Source: a virus. Taken from it: 64,000 nucleotides of DNA. The position numbers and the translations under genes were made by a program. Below, piece after piece: positions 30,301-40,190 of the stretch; position 1 is the first letter of the stretch, and each line of letters opens with the position of its first letter. A model generated the notes under the pieces. That model saw nothing but the letters and a program-made list of their open reading frames with translations. It had not been told where the DNA came from and did not search any database. The DNA is taken from the IMG/VR virus record IMGVR_UViG_3300035146_000036; one strand, 5' to 3'.

Positions 30301-31325
30301 CTGGAGATACTGGTATTGAAAGAGCGGTTGTAATTTATAGGGGTGGTGAATTATTAACAGCGAGTGGATATTCAACAGTACACATGCATATAGGTGATGA
30401 TGGTGATCATGAATCACTTGTTATAAGAGCTAATAATTTATTTGTATTTCAAGATGTTAATACTTTAGATGATTCTTATATGGGTGGTAATCTTGTTGTT
30501 GGTGGTGGAAATGATTTTGATGGGTCATATTTGTCTGATTCTATAATTGTTGGTGATTCTAATAGTTTCACTACTTCTTCAGGATTGATTTATAGAGGAA
30601 ATTCTAATACTATATCATCAGTTCAAGATTCATTATTATTGTTGACTAGTACGAATCCAACTAATATTACAAAATCTATTGCTATTTGTACTAGTTCTAC
30701 TTTTCAAAACTGTAGTAATACAATTGCTGTTGGTTCTGCGCATGTTTGTCAAAACAGTAGTTATAGTTTAATGCTTGGATATGGATGTTATAGTGATACG
30801 CATCCTGGTGTAGTTGTTAGAGGGCAAAGGTCAAAGGCTGATTTTGATTATGGTGAATTTTTTACAGCTGGAAGACTCGATGGTTCTACATTAGGTAGTT
30901 CTCAAGCATTTAAAGCTATTCCAATGATGTATAGAACTACTGATACTACACCAACGGTTCTTACTACTACTGGTTCTGGAACTACTTCTCCTTTAGTGAT
31001 AGAAGAAGAATATCTATATTGTTTTGAATGTCGTTTAGTTGGTACAGCACATGGGGCTACTGTTGATGCAATTGAGATTTGGGTTTGGGATGTTGAGGTG
31101 TGGAGGAATTCTGTGAATGGTATACAATTTCATGAAACAGAGAGATATCATATTGCTTTAAGTGGTGGAGTTGGGAATGCAAGTTGGCAAAAAAATGATA
31201 CGGATCATACATTAGAACTTGAAGTTCAAGGTACAGGTAGTGAACTTCTTGAAGTTGATTGGTTTGCTCATATATGGGGAGGAGTTAAGCTTAAAACTAC
31301 TTATGATGAAATATATGGTGGGTAG
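27342..31325 (+). CDS. Very large baseplate/tail fibre protein (1327 aa)
   Basis: Overlaps the gpJ-like stop; Ser/Thr/Gly-rich beta composition; position of gpI/fibre. Confidence 0.5.
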   Translation: MSESPRYNWPIPQWNADWQSWQQRFEDLSNDIDSTVFSNMEGSKCIFYQLPNARVYDDSGTYKLEMLSDLILISRTYNMKVTVDSSSDLVLIPYNLIGLTFTAGTVEETTVEFELFNTAPIDSDVHIFGYVTADYSINWFNGSVFADGEDARQIFSFLASTGADTNKVKVTNADTTADFLSSKITSGSNITINVLNPGGDEELEIVATSGYWSRNAVPAYVYPTTDTDAMRIGDGSVSVPGIASKTYVDTGFRWDVTESPSSSNEDSIYFVSEGNDVASVYYDNTTSEQVISFVDEATNDNATIRKRMVPGTASDLVVFNIEVEGGVNTDGSQLILKSMTNDDTSHLQTSTVEIESIASGLDALSVLKASTGVGATSGTAEVQILAEGYNDVNCLIRAQDLAAHTTSIVILSDGGSVSDVSIKAEGTVQSNAEFGTDPSTGYAYTDLFAISTDSLSSMEIISQSGGGGNIDAELDIKALNNGADAYDDATVVVRSYAVAGYASVVIGAPSTEDVILSVSDSVFFKFADVDKLEVYHSTDTVVFSTFEPDDTLSVLEFSHKKYAGTSEAAIEFNVIGDTGTGGSRFTINSYNYETTDKADIEIYANGGTPKIDIVATSTGSGLAEVNLYADGNVTGDGEVDILATSATSNAFVHIAAEGNVSGIVYVGSISTDIVAFTDVSSSAIHGVWSEDAIPFSISPSEWTTYNSNFGEVSLLAALNVAYTSGGGSVSEPAGQIVYGTGAGVDSSSIFMWDTVNSVLIVGHNGTRQATSLDSKAEIQDGITSGKWTTTLADSSALSFIRSYNVSVGSHTAVPADGYLGEINFYGSTGSAWAEGARIIVSAASTFSGTNSGSDLSFYITEKTTTTPALAMRLDSNGYLSITDSSSAAATAALEIFGNGDNTYDNILALSFFSDYTGERPMVRIRKSQTDTIGNHGAVSYGSALGEIVFQASNGTSFASALELRTVATSPWSGSSEGAKLELWQSLAGDTGIERAVVIYRGGELLTASGYSTVHMHIGDDGDHESLVIRANNLFVFQDVNTLDDSYMGGNLVVGGGNDFDGSYLSDSIIVGDSNSFTTSSGLIYRGNSNTISSVQDSLLLLTSTNPTNITKSIAICTSSTFQNCSNTIAVGSAHVCQNSSYSLMLGYGCYSDTHPGVVVRGQRSKADFDYGEFFTAGRLDGSTLGSSQAFKAIPMMYRTTDTTPTVLTTTGSGTTSPLVIEEEYLYCFECRLVGTAHGATVDAIEIWVWDVEVWRNSVNGIQFHETERYHIALSGGVGNASWQKNDTDHTLELEVQGTGSELLEVDWFAHIWGGVKLKTTYDEIYGG

Positions 31326-31346
31326 TAATAATATGAGAGGTATTTG

Positions 31347-32225
31347 ATGAATATATATTATATAAATTTGGACCGTTCAGAAGATAGAAGAGAAAAAATG
31401 GAGAAATCTTTTGAGCATGAAAAATTAATAAGGATATCCGCTATAGATGGCATGGAATGGGCTATTGAAGATACGTTTGATACTAGAGGGTTTCCTGTAT
31501 GGAATTTAGAGTATCGTGATAAATTTGTTAATGAAGGTATATTATTTGAAAATAGTATTCTTCCACCAACTCATGTTGCGTGTAATTTAAGTCATAGAAA
31601 GGCTATTCAGGAGTTTTTGAATACTGATGATGAATGGGCAATTATTATGGAGGATGATGTTGAAAAGTCAAAAGCTTATTTTAAAGATGGAGAATTGATA
31701 GAAAAAAAAGTAGTTATTCCTAGTGATGCTGATATGTTTTATTTATGTGGGACAAGACCAGATAGACGGATATACGTTTTTGATGATGGTCAAGTTAGAA
31801 AAACTAGGACATTGATGGGATATTGTATATCAAGAAGAGGTGCTGAATTATTTTTAAAATCAACAATACCAATGATGTGGCTTTCTGATTATCAATTTCC
31901 TGTTTGTTGTTTTGATAGTATGTTAAATAATATAAGAGAGATTAAAATAAGAGATAGAAAAATAGTTTTTAAAAAGCGTATATTATTTAAAGAGAACAAA
32001 GATGATAAAGGAAATATTATAAGGAAGAAAAAGGAATGTGTTTCATTTTCAATTCCAAATAAAGATAACTATAGGACTATAAAACCAATTTTTCCAAAGG
32101 AAATAGAAAGTGAAGAAAAGATAAAAGCTTTTGCTGATAAAAAAGATGGTTTAATAAGACATTCTATTTTGTCTAAGCAATCATTACTTGGTAATTATGA
32201 AGGACATGGGAAAAGATTTTATTGA
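31347..32225 (+). CDS. Glycosyltransferase family 25 (LPS-type)
   Basis: IYYINLDRSEDRREKM...ISAIDG and VACNLSHRKAIQEF...WAIIMEDDVE match GT25 signature motifs. Confidence 0.75.
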   Translation: MNIYYINLDRSEDRREKMEKSFEHEKLIRISAIDGMEWAIEDTFDTRGFPVWNLEYRDKFVNEGILFENSILPPTHVACNLSHRKAIQEFLNTDDEWAIIMEDDVEKSKAYFKDGELIEKKVVIPSDADMFYLCGTRPDRRIYVFDDGQVRKTRTLMGYCISRRGAELFLKSTIPMMWLSDYQFPVCCFDSMLNNIREIKIRDRKIVFKKRILFKENKDDKGNIIRKKKECVSFSIPNKDNYRTIKPIFPKEIESEEKIKAFADKKDGLIRHSILSKQSLLGNYEGHGKRFY

Positions 32226-32228
32226 TAG

Positions 32229-32795
32229 ATGAAGAAAGAAGAGGGTTATAAAGGTATGAAATATCGAGATGTTGATGCGTTGTTGAAGATTTTTAAAAAG
32301 CTTGCTAAGACAGTTGAAGTTATTCCAAGGTGGGAAAATGCTAAACGTGTAAAAGTATTAAAGGAGATTATTGGACCTATTGATATAGCGCGTGAAGTAA
32401 CTGATGAGATGAAATCTTATTATGAGAAACAAGATAAGATATTTGAAAAACATGGTACGCCAGTTTCTAGTCAAGGTGGAATGGGTTACAGGATTGAAAA
32501 TTGGGGACCAGTTAATGAAGAAATTGCTATTTTAAAAGAAGAGAATAAAGATCTTTTAGAGAAGGAAAGAGAAAGAAAAAAAGATATAGAACTTTTACTT
32601 GATAAGGATGTTGAAGTTAATATTGAACCAATTGATTATGAATGGTGTGGAGATTTAATTGATGGGAATGATCTTGTTGTATTAATGGATTTTAATCTTG
32701 TAAATGAACCTATGTCTGATGAAGAAGCTGAAGAAGCTGAAGATGCAAAACTTAAAAATATTAGGAATCAGAAAAAAAGAGCAAGAAAGAAATAA
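32229..32795 (+). CDS. Hypothetical K/E-rich protein
   Basis: ORF. Confidence 0.4.
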   Translation: MKKEEGYKGMKYRDVDALLKIFKKLAKTVEVIPRWENAKRVKVLKEIIGPIDIAREVTDEMKSYYEKQDKIFEKHGTPVSSQGGMGYRIENWGPVNEEIAILKEENKDLLEKERERKKDIELLLDKDVEVNIEPIDYEWCGDLIDGNDLVVLMDFNLVNEPMSDEEAEEAEDAKLKNIRNQKKRARKK

Positions 32796-32813
32796 TAGGG
32801 AGTAAAGTAAAAA

Positions 32814-35078
32814 ATGTCTCTAGCTTCTAGTAGTATAAATAAGTCTAGGATAAAGTTTCGTTTTGCTGAAAGATATGCTAGTGATGCAGCAAATATTCAG
32901 ACAGGAGTGAATAGTCCTGGTGTTTATAGAGGTGCAGAAGTATTAGAATCTGAAGGTGGAGCAGATACTTCTTTTAGAATTGAGCTCGGACCAGAAAATG
33001 ATTCATTGATTCTTCATCAGAATATTACAAATGGAATGGCCACAGTTGTTAGATTGGAATCAAGAGTCATATTAGATATGAGTTCTCAAACATGGCCTAT
33101 TCCTTCAGATGTTGAATGGGTTGTTTATATGGTTGTTAATTATCAGGATTTTCAGGATACGACTGGAGCTTTTGAGGTTGATATTCCATCTAATGTTCCT
33201 GATGATGCAGTTATTCTTGCTCATATATTGATGCAATCTGGTGATATTTCTATATTGCAATCAAGAATTAGGACTGATGGTAGTTATAGGGATAAGGTTT
33301 TAGGTAAGAAAGGGATACTTGTAAGAAGAAAAATTGAAAAAACTACTAGTAGTGCAACAAGATTTCAACTTACAGGTAGGATATCATTTGTTGATAAAAC
33401 GTATAATTGGGCTGGGAAAGTTAGACTTGTAGTCGGAATAAGTAATGATACAGGGATGATTGGAAGTAATGGTGGTGCGATATCTGCTGGGTCATGGTAC
33501 ACACAAGAAATTGGTGGTAGTGCAATAACTGTATCAGATTTGGATGAAGATGGTTGTTATACTGATCCATGGATTTCTATGTCATTTCTTGATGTTTCTG
33601 AATCTAATTGGACTGGAACGTTTGCTGTTGTTTATTGGGAATTTGTAGAGTTTGAAAATCTTGATACTGATGATGCTGTTGCTACAGATGTAAATCCTCA
33701 TGCAAACAATGTTTATTGTAAAGAAAATACAACATATACTGATGCACAATTATCTAATGGTTCATTAACTAGTCAGATTAGTAGTTTATTGTATCATATA
33801 CAACAGAGGATTAAGGATATTCATCCAGATTCTGTTTCATCTTCATGGACTTTATTATGGAGGTCAAACAATGTTATATTTGATTCTAATGTAGATGAAA
33901 AAACTGTATCGGTTTATTTTTCTAGTGAAGGTATTCTTGTATGCAAGGGTGGGTATATGAGTGGTACCAATGATTTTCATATAAATGAAATTGGTTATTG
34001 TTCTGTAGTATTTATAGATGATGACAAAATTTATAAAATGGTGAGGTCATTTATAAGTGCTCCTACTTCTGTAGATATACGCTATGATGGAGATTGGGAT
34101 TCTTGGGATAGATATGGAGCAGGCCTTTTTACATTTGGAACAAGTGGTGTTCAACGTTTATTTAATTTTTTTGAGTATGGAACTGCAAAAATGGCAGCAT
34201 TGCCTAATGAAGGAGGAAGAGATTTTCGTTTAGAAATTCTTCGTTTGGCAGAACATGTTCGTGTTTATTATACAAATCCTGATGATGGTGCATCTTTTGA
34301 AATTGCATGTGGTTGTTATTGGGATGACTCCGTTAATTTATGGAAAAGAGTAGGTACACAAGAATTTAATAGTGTATTATATTCTTTTACTAGGTCTGGA
34401 TTTGTTTTTTTTAATAAAAATCGTAATGATGCAAATTGGACAACTGGTTGGAGTTCAACGGATTTTTCTGTATCATGGTCATTTTCAGATGATACGAGTT
34501 TTTCACCGATTAAGTTAGTTGGTTCAATAAAAGAAGAATGGGATGTAGATTTTAGGGTTGTTTTATCAAATGATTTGATAAAGGCAATGGGAAAATTTGT
34601 AGGATGGGACGGTGTTGAGAGAGGAAAAAAACTTTTTTATAGAGGTGAAAGATTAATTGTACCTTCAACTGGCAATTTTTCAGTAGTAAAGAAAAGTGGT
34701 CTTAATGCGGATATAGTAGTAAGTGCTCCGACTAGTTGGGGATTTACCGCTGGAGGTCTTATATATTTAGTTGATTCTTTAGAAGGTGCAGCTATTTATA
34801 CTCTTGTTAGTGATAGAATAAATTTAATTGGATGGAATTTAGGAATAAATCCTGGTTCTCATATTTGTTTGAGAGGTGATGGAGTTAATAAATCATGGTT
34901 GGTTAAAGAAGTTTATGAGTTGGGTGGTGCAACAAATAATACATCATGTATCGTAGAAACTAATAGTGGTGTTGATAATGTTCCAACATCTGTAGGAACG
35001 AAAAAAGCGTATTATGTACCAAATTTTGATTTAGGAAGTGAAGTAACAGCTGTTTATACAATAAAATTGTTTGGATGA
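32814..35078 (+). CDS. Large structural protein (754 aa), fibre-like
   Basis: ORF with GGGAG RBS; beta-rich composition. Confidence 0.45.
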   Translation: MSLASSSINKSRIKFRFAERYASDAANIQTGVNSPGVYRGAEVLESEGGADTSFRIELGPENDSLILHQNITNGMATVVRLESRVILDMSSQTWPIPSDVEWVVYMVVNYQDFQDTTGAFEVDIPSNVPDDAVILAHILMQSGDISILQSRIRTDGSYRDKVLGKKGILVRRKIEKTTSSATRFQLTGRISFVDKTYNWAGKVRLVVGISNDTGMIGSNGGAISAGSWYTQEIGGSAITVSDLDEDGCYTDPWISMSFLDVSESNWTGTFAVVYWEFVEFENLDTDDAVATDVNPHANNVYCKENTTYTDAQLSNGSLTSQISSLLYHIQQRIKDIHPDSVSSSWTLLWRSNNVIFDSNVDEKTVSVYFSSEGILVCKGGYMSGTNDFHINEIGYCSVVFIDDDKIYKMVRSFISAPTSVDIRYDGDWDSWDRYGAGLFTFGTSGVQRLFNFFEYGTAKMAALPNEGGRDFRLEILRLAEHVRVYYTNPDDGASFEIACGCYWDDSVNLWKRVGTQEFNSVLYSFTRSGFVFFNKNRNDANWTTGWSSTDFSVSWSFSDDTSFSPIKLVGSIKEEWDVDFRVVLSNDLIKAMGKFVGWDGVERGKKLFYRGERLIVPSTGNFSVVKKSGLNADIVVSAPTSWGFTAGGLIYLVDSLEGAAIYTLVSDRINLIGWNLGINPGSHICLRGDGVNKSWLVKEVYELGGATNNTSCIVETNSGVDNVPTSVGTKKAYYVPNFDLGSEVTAVYTIKLFG

Positions 35079-35084
35079 TAAAAT

Positions 35085-37544
35085 ATGACAACGACTTTAA
35101 ATTATCCAAGTGGGACTGGTTTTTTTGGGAGGGGATATTGGGGAAGAAAAGTATTTTGGTTAAATGTACCTTCTCAATGGAGGAATTTAGACCAGTATAA
35201 TTATTTGCAAATGTTGCTTAATACATGGGGGGATGTAGGTGAGAATTTAATTGAATATATTAAACTTCTGCCTAAACAAAGAGACCCATATGAAGTTAGG
35301 ACGTTAAATACTATAGTAAAATGGTTTTATGTAACAGAAGCATTTAATTATTATGATAAAGATAAAGGAAATGTAATTAGATTAATAGGTGAGAAAAATC
35401 CAGATAGATTACCAGGATCTAGTTTGTCATCAGTGCCAAGTACTGATGAAGATGTAATGTCGGAACAATTTCCTTGGTATCCGTATGAGCCATTAGCTGA
35501 TGTAGGTAAATTTTGGCAAGTTAAATGGATGGATGCGAAGTATGAAGTTGTAAATGTAAGGGCTAGAAATTTTGACCAAGTTGAAATATATAATCAATAC
35601 ACTTCGTTGGCAAATGAGATATGGGTAAAGGGTGGAGATTTAACGTTATTATTTGATTATTTAACAAATAGGTCATGGGATAAGTCTATAGAAGATGATC
35701 TAATTCAAGGTACTGTAGAAATAGGTATTACTGATGGGTCTCAGAGACCATATGTTGAATTTCCTGTTACTCCAATAAGGCTTGAGAATAGGTGGTCTGA
35801 TGTTGTTCCTCCATCAACTTTGATTGAGTCATCTACGTTAAGAATTTATATTCCATTACAGGGTGGTGGATATAGAATACTTTATGATTTGCCAATAAGT
35901 GAAAATGAAGGGACATTACATGCAGAAAGTGGAGGAATAATAGGTGGTGCTGTTGTTGGAAATGTTAATTATTTATCTGGTAAATTAGATTTTGATTTAT
36001 CTATATTGTCTGAATTTTCATCACAGACGGCACTAGATATAAAAGCAAAATATCAAGTTAGGGGATATTATATGAAATTTAATGCGCCACCTAATATTGA
36101 TTATTTGGCGCATGATTACGGATTTAATAATGACGAGAATGACCCAGAAGATGTTCAGAGGTCATCTATAGCTAATGTAACAAAATTTTGGGGTATTAAA
36201 TCAACACAAGATTCGTATCGTATTAGAGGGGAAATAAGTCTTTTTGATGTTTATATGCAAGGTTTGTATAAAATTTGTAGTGCTGAACTTGCGTCTAAAC
36301 TTCCAAGCAATTCTGTTTATGAAGTAGGAACAACTTTTTATACTGATGTTATGCCAACATTTATACGGTATGACCATATTTCTGTAGATGAACTATTTTA
36401 TGACTATGATTCTGGTGGAAGTCCGATATGGGTTACTATAATAGATAATATGCTTATTGCATTGGATTCTTCTAGATGGGACGGCATGACAATAGGTCAG
36501 GCATATGCTGTAGATGTGACTCAGGGATATTATGCTCCAATATCAGAAGTTAATGCAGTCTTACGTGGACCCGCAACTGTTCAGTCTGTTACGCAGATTA
36601 GCCAAGAAGAGCTTGAAGAAAGAAGATGGGAGAATGGGTATAGATATGAAATAGAGATGCGTAGATGTCAGTATGAAGCGTTTAATATGATATTAGATTC
36701 TAATGGTATACAGACGAAGGAATTGTTTGCTTTATCTGTATATGATTATAATCCTGTTGGTCCAGAATATGGTATTCCACCTAATGTAAATGATGTTTAT
36801 TATTATATTGATCGTGAAGATACAACTTGGACTCTTACATCTTCTCCATCATCAGACCCAAAAGAAGATATTGGAGTTTGGACTGTAGATATTAGATTTG
36901 GAGTTGGTGTTTCTTCTCCGATACAAGTATCTGATGATATTGCTGTTAGATATTTTCCGTTATTTGATGATATGGATTGTTGTTATTGTAGAGCTAGTAG
37001 TATGCGTGCTTATATTGACGTTATAGAAGAAGCATATGATTTTTATGATACATATGAAAAAATAGAGTATGCAATTACAAGATTAAAAATGAAATTGAGT
37101 GACCTTTTGCCTATTCATACTAGAATTATTGAATGGGAGATTACAAGACGATTTCAAGAAGAATTTTATGGTGTTGAAAATGGTGCTACAGTTATTCATA
37201 CATTAACTGGAGAGCAATTTTTAAATAATACAAAAGTTTTATTATCAGTTAAATATCGTGGTGATAGTGATTCTGGAACACCTAATACAGATTTGGATTT
37301 TCGTGTATATAGTGAAGATACCGGTACTGTTTGGGAATTATTAAATTGGAATCCAGTTACTCCTGCTGGTGATAATGAAACATGGGTTGATGTTGTTACA
37401 GATGAAGAAATAATTCTTCCTGATGACCCATCAGACCCTGGTCCACCAATAGTTCCATATTATGCATCGGTTCGTGCTATTGCTGGTTCTGCGTCTTTAT
37501 ATGGTGATGTTATGTGGATTTTTAAGATTACTACTAAGGAGTAA
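35085..37544 (+). CDS. Large structural protein (819 aa)
   Basis: ORF. Confidence 0.45.
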   Translation: MTTTLNYPSGTGFFGRGYWGRKVFWLNVPSQWRNLDQYNYLQMLLNTWGDVGENLIEYIKLLPKQRDPYEVRTLNTIVKWFYVTEAFNYYDKDKGNVIRLIGEKNPDRLPGSSLSSVPSTDEDVMSEQFPWYPYEPLADVGKFWQVKWMDAKYEVVNVRARNFDQVEIYNQYTSLANEIWVKGGDLTLLFDYLTNRSWDKSIEDDLIQGTVEIGITDGSQRPYVEFPVTPIRLENRWSDVVPPSTLIESSTLRIYIPLQGGGYRILYDLPISENEGTLHAESGGIIGGAVVGNVNYLSGKLDFDLSILSEFSSQTALDIKAKYQVRGYYMKFNAPPNIDYLAHDYGFNNDENDPEDVQRSSIANVTKFWGIKSTQDSYRIRGEISLFDVYMQGLYKICSAELASKLPSNSVYEVGTTFYTDVMPTFIRYDHISVDELFYDYDSGGSPIWVTIIDNMLIALDSSRWDGMTIGQAYAVDVTQGYYAPISEVNAVLRGPATVQSVTQISQEELEERRWENGYRYEIEMRRCQYEAFNMILDSNGIQTKELFALSVYDYNPVGPEYGIPPNVNDVYYYIDREDTTWTLTSSPSSDPKEDIGVWTVDIRFGVGVSSPIQVSDDIAVRYFPLFDDMDCCYCRASSMRAYIDVIEEAYDFYDTYEKIEYAITRLKMKLSDLLPIHTRIIEWEITRRFQEEFYGVENGATVIHTLTGEQFLNNTKVLLSVKYRGDSDSGTPNTDLDFRVYSEDTGTVWELLNWNPVTPAGDNETWVDVVTDEEIILPDDPSDPGPPIVPYYASVRAIAGSASLYGDVMWIFKITTKE

Positions 37545-37546
37545 TT

Positions 37547-38335
37547 ATGGCTATTGGATTAGTAGTAAGTATTGTTGACGCAATTATGAATGGACCAGAA
37601 GGTGGTCAATATGCATCTTTAACAATTGCTGGAGTTGACCCTACTGACCCATCTAAAATATACAAAGCTGGTATTGATCCTGGAGATGATTTTGATTTTA
37701 GTGAAAGAGCACTTCAGTATTGGCCGGAAACCATACAGGATAGTATTGATATAGGATGGTCTTTGAAAGATATAGGTGGTGCTTCACACGCTCTTGCTCA
37801 ATGGTCATCAAATAATGGAAGAACGATTAGTTTTGATATTCAACTATCTAGATTTATGATGCCAGTCAAAACTAGAACGGCTAAAGAACAATTTTTGTCA
37901 TATTCAGAACCTGGGTCAAATAGATTAGAAGAAAGAGACAATAGACCATATAATGTTGATATTAAAGAACAGATTCATTTTTTGAGAGGATTTTGTTATC
38001 CAACATATAAAAGTATTGATAATGTAAAGGTGGCATATCCTCCACCGATTGTAATTTTAAATATTCCAAATTTTGGTTTAAATGAATCTGGAGGAGATGC
38101 TATTTTTTGTATAATGACTGGGTGTGATGTAACATATACATTAGCATTTAGAGATGGAACACCAAGAAGAGCAACAGTTTCTGTTACTTTTAGACAGATT
38201 GTACAAACAGCAAAGGGTATTTTGTTTAAAGGCTTTAAAGATGCTCCTTCGAAATATTCATTTGATGATAATGAAGAATTAGGAAAGAGTGCTGGGAGGG
38301 AAGTTAATGGAATAGACCCATCGATGGTGAGATGA
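37547..38335 (+). CDS. Hypothetical protein
   Basis: ORF with AAGGAG RBS. Confidence 0.45.
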   Translation: MAIGLVVSIVDAIMNGPEGGQYASLTIAGVDPTDPSKIYKAGIDPGDDFDFSERALQYWPETIQDSIDIGWSLKDIGGASHALAQWSSNNGRTISFDIQLSRFMMPVKTRTAKEQFLSYSEPGSNRLEERDNRPYNVDIKEQIHFLRGFCYPTYKSIDNVKVAYPPPIVILNIPNFGLNESGGDAIFCIMTGCDVTYTLAFRDGTPRRATVSVTFRQIVQTAKGILFKGFKDAPSKYSFDDNEELGKSAGREVNGIDPSMVR

Positions 38336-38347
38336 AAAGGTGATAAA

Positions 38348-38575
38348 ATGGTTATGAAGGCTATATCAAAAAGTAACAAACTTTCTGAAAATATTTCTAT
38401 TGATGAAAAGTATACTGGTGATGATACAGATGGTTTTGTTATGGTAATATTTCCAATTGATACGTGGAATAAAGTTCAGGAGATGAGCAAAAAGATAGGA
38501 ATTGAGACAGGAGAAGTTATTTCAGTTGCACTTGAGATGATGAAAGATGAGATGAAGAAGAAGGAAAGTAGATAG
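38348..38575 (+). CDS. Hypothetical small protein
   Basis: ORF. Confidence 0.35.
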   Translation: MVMKAISKSNKLSENISIDEKYTGDDTDGFVMVIFPIDTWNKVQEMSKKIGIETGEVISVALEMMKDEMKKKESR

Positions 38576-39397
38576 ATGAGTGGTATAAAGCGGTTTTTAG
38601 TTAGGAAATTTTGGAGAGAAAGAGGATTGGGTTGTGAACAAAATCCATATGATAAAAGAGATTTTGTTTATAGTTATAAAACTAAAAAAGGTGTTTTTCC
38701 TGAGTTTGAATCATTAGAACAATATTCAGAAGTTGTTGATCAATTAAATACCAATTCATGTGTAGGGAATGCTGTAGCTGGTGCGATAAGAATTCTTGAG
38801 AACAAAAAACGACACAATGAATCAAATTTTAAATATGGTTATCCATCTAGAATGTTTTTGTATTGGAATTCAAGAGTTCAACATGATGTTATCCCGTTAA
38901 AAGATGATGGAACATATATTAGGGCTTGTTGTAAAGGTTTGGTTAAATATGGTGTTCCAGATGAGATTAATTGGCCATTTATAAAGCGAGATATTAATAG
39001 AAAACCTGTTTTTAAAACATGGATGAGAGCAGATTCACGTAAAAATGGTAAATATTTTGCTATTTTTGAATCTGATAAAAACAGGATTGATGCAATAAGG
39101 ACAGCAATATGTGATGGTTATCCTGTAGTTTTTGGTACTAAGATTTCAAAGTCATTTATGCCTGCGGTCGGTAGAGAAGTAATATATAGGCCAGATGATT
39201 CTGATAATATTGTTGGAAATCATGCTATGGTTATTGTTGGATATAGGATAGTTGGAAGTGATATTCAATTTAGAGTTATGAATAGTTGGGGTAAATATTG
39301 GCGTGATTATGGGTATTGTTGGTTAGATTCTGAATATATTACATGGAATGAAACTAGAGATTTTACGATTATTAAAGGATGGGGAATGTTAAGATGA
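38576..39397 (+). CDS. Papain-like cysteine peptidase (C1A family)
   Basis: LNTNSCVGNAVAGAIRILE (active-site Cys region), GNHAMVIVGY (His), NSWGKYWRDYGYCWL (Asn/Trp) match papain Q-C-H-N architecture. Confidence 0.75.
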   Translation: MSGIKRFLVRKFWRERGLGCEQNPYDKRDFVYSYKTKKGVFPEFESLEQYSEVVDQLNTNSCVGNAVAGAIRILENKKRHNESNFKYGYPSRMFLYWNSRVQHDVIPLKDDGTYIRACCKGLVKYGVPDEINWPFIKRDINRKPVFKTWMRADSRKNGKYFAIFESDKNRIDAIRTAICDGYPVVFGTKISKSFMPAVGREVIYRPDDSDNIVGNHAMVIVGYRIVGSDIQFRVMNSWGKYWRDYGYCWLDSEYITWNETRDFTIIKGWGMLR

Positions 39398-39756
39398 GAA
39401 GTTTTGTTTTTGTTGGGTCAATGATGTTTGTTTCATGGTGTAGTCCAAGTCCTGTTATTCCTGAGTTACCTGTTCATGATAGTGAGATTGATACGTTTAA
39501 TCCTGTTCCAGAAGCTTTTGATAGTGATGAAAGGAGAGATAAGACGCCTTGTGAGAGAGCGTGTGATAATTTAAGGAATATGGGTTGTGATGGCTCTGAG
39601 GGGTCTCCAGGACCAGATGAGGAGTTTGGTAATAGTGATGATGTGGCTTGTGAAGATGTTTGCGAAAGGATAATGGATGAAGGTGATTTTTCTATAGAAC
39701 CAGAATGTGTTGCTAAAGCAAAGAGTTGTGAAGAAGTAGAGGAATGTGGGAAATGA
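39379..39756 (+). CDS. Secreted acidic Cys-rich small protein
   Basis: N-terminal hydrophobic signal-like segment; 10 Cys; acidic. Confidence 0.45.
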   Translation: MGNVKMRSFVFVGSMMFVSWCSPSPVIPELPVHDSEIDTFNPVPEAFDSDERRDKTPCERACDNLRNMGCDGSEGSPGPDEEFGNSDDVACEDVCERIMDEGDFSIEPECVAKAKSCEEVEECGK

Positions 39757-40160
39757 AAACAAGAAAAATTGAATTTATACAATCATGTAGATTTGTGTTG
39801 GTAATTTCAGGGAATGAATATGAGGTGTCAAGGATATCTGGAATTAGTATAGGACACGGAATGGAAAAAGGAGGATGTATATGTAGTAATGTTACAATTG
39901 AATCAGCAATGAAGAAAGATGAAGAAGGTAATCTTTTTAATTCATTATTTTATGTTTTTAAAGAATATTTTAATGGTAATAATTTTGATATAAAATTATA
40001 TTTTATTAATATAAATGGTGGTAAAGAAAATTTTTCATTTTTATTGCAAGGTTGTAAAATGTTAAATTATTTTGTTAATGATATTGATGCTGCTTGTAAT
40101 GGTTGTTTTTTAGAAAGTATTGAAGTTATTCCTAGGGATTTGATATTAAGTAATGAATAG
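39744..40160 (+). CDS. Hypothetical protein
   Basis: ORF. Confidence 0.35.
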   Translation: MWEMKTRKIEFIQSCRFVLVISGNEYEVSRISGISIGHGMEKGGCICSNVTIESAMKKDEEGNLFNSLFYVFKEYFNGNNFDIKLYFININGGKENFSFLLQGCKMLNYFVNDIDAACNGCFLESIEVIPRDLILSNE

Positions 40161-40190
40161 CGAACTCGAGTTCGCAAGAAGGAGGATGAG

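Noticed and set aside
9908-31325. Extracellular contractile injection system (Afp/PVC-like) instead of a phage tail
   Set aside because: Gene order is classical myophage: sheath, tube, chaperone G/GT, tape measure, LysM, hub, spike, gp25, J, fibres. An eCIS has the tape measure after the fibres and an AAA+ ATPase. tRNAs and an early-gene region are present. Capsid genes may lie outside the window, so this stays an open possibility only.
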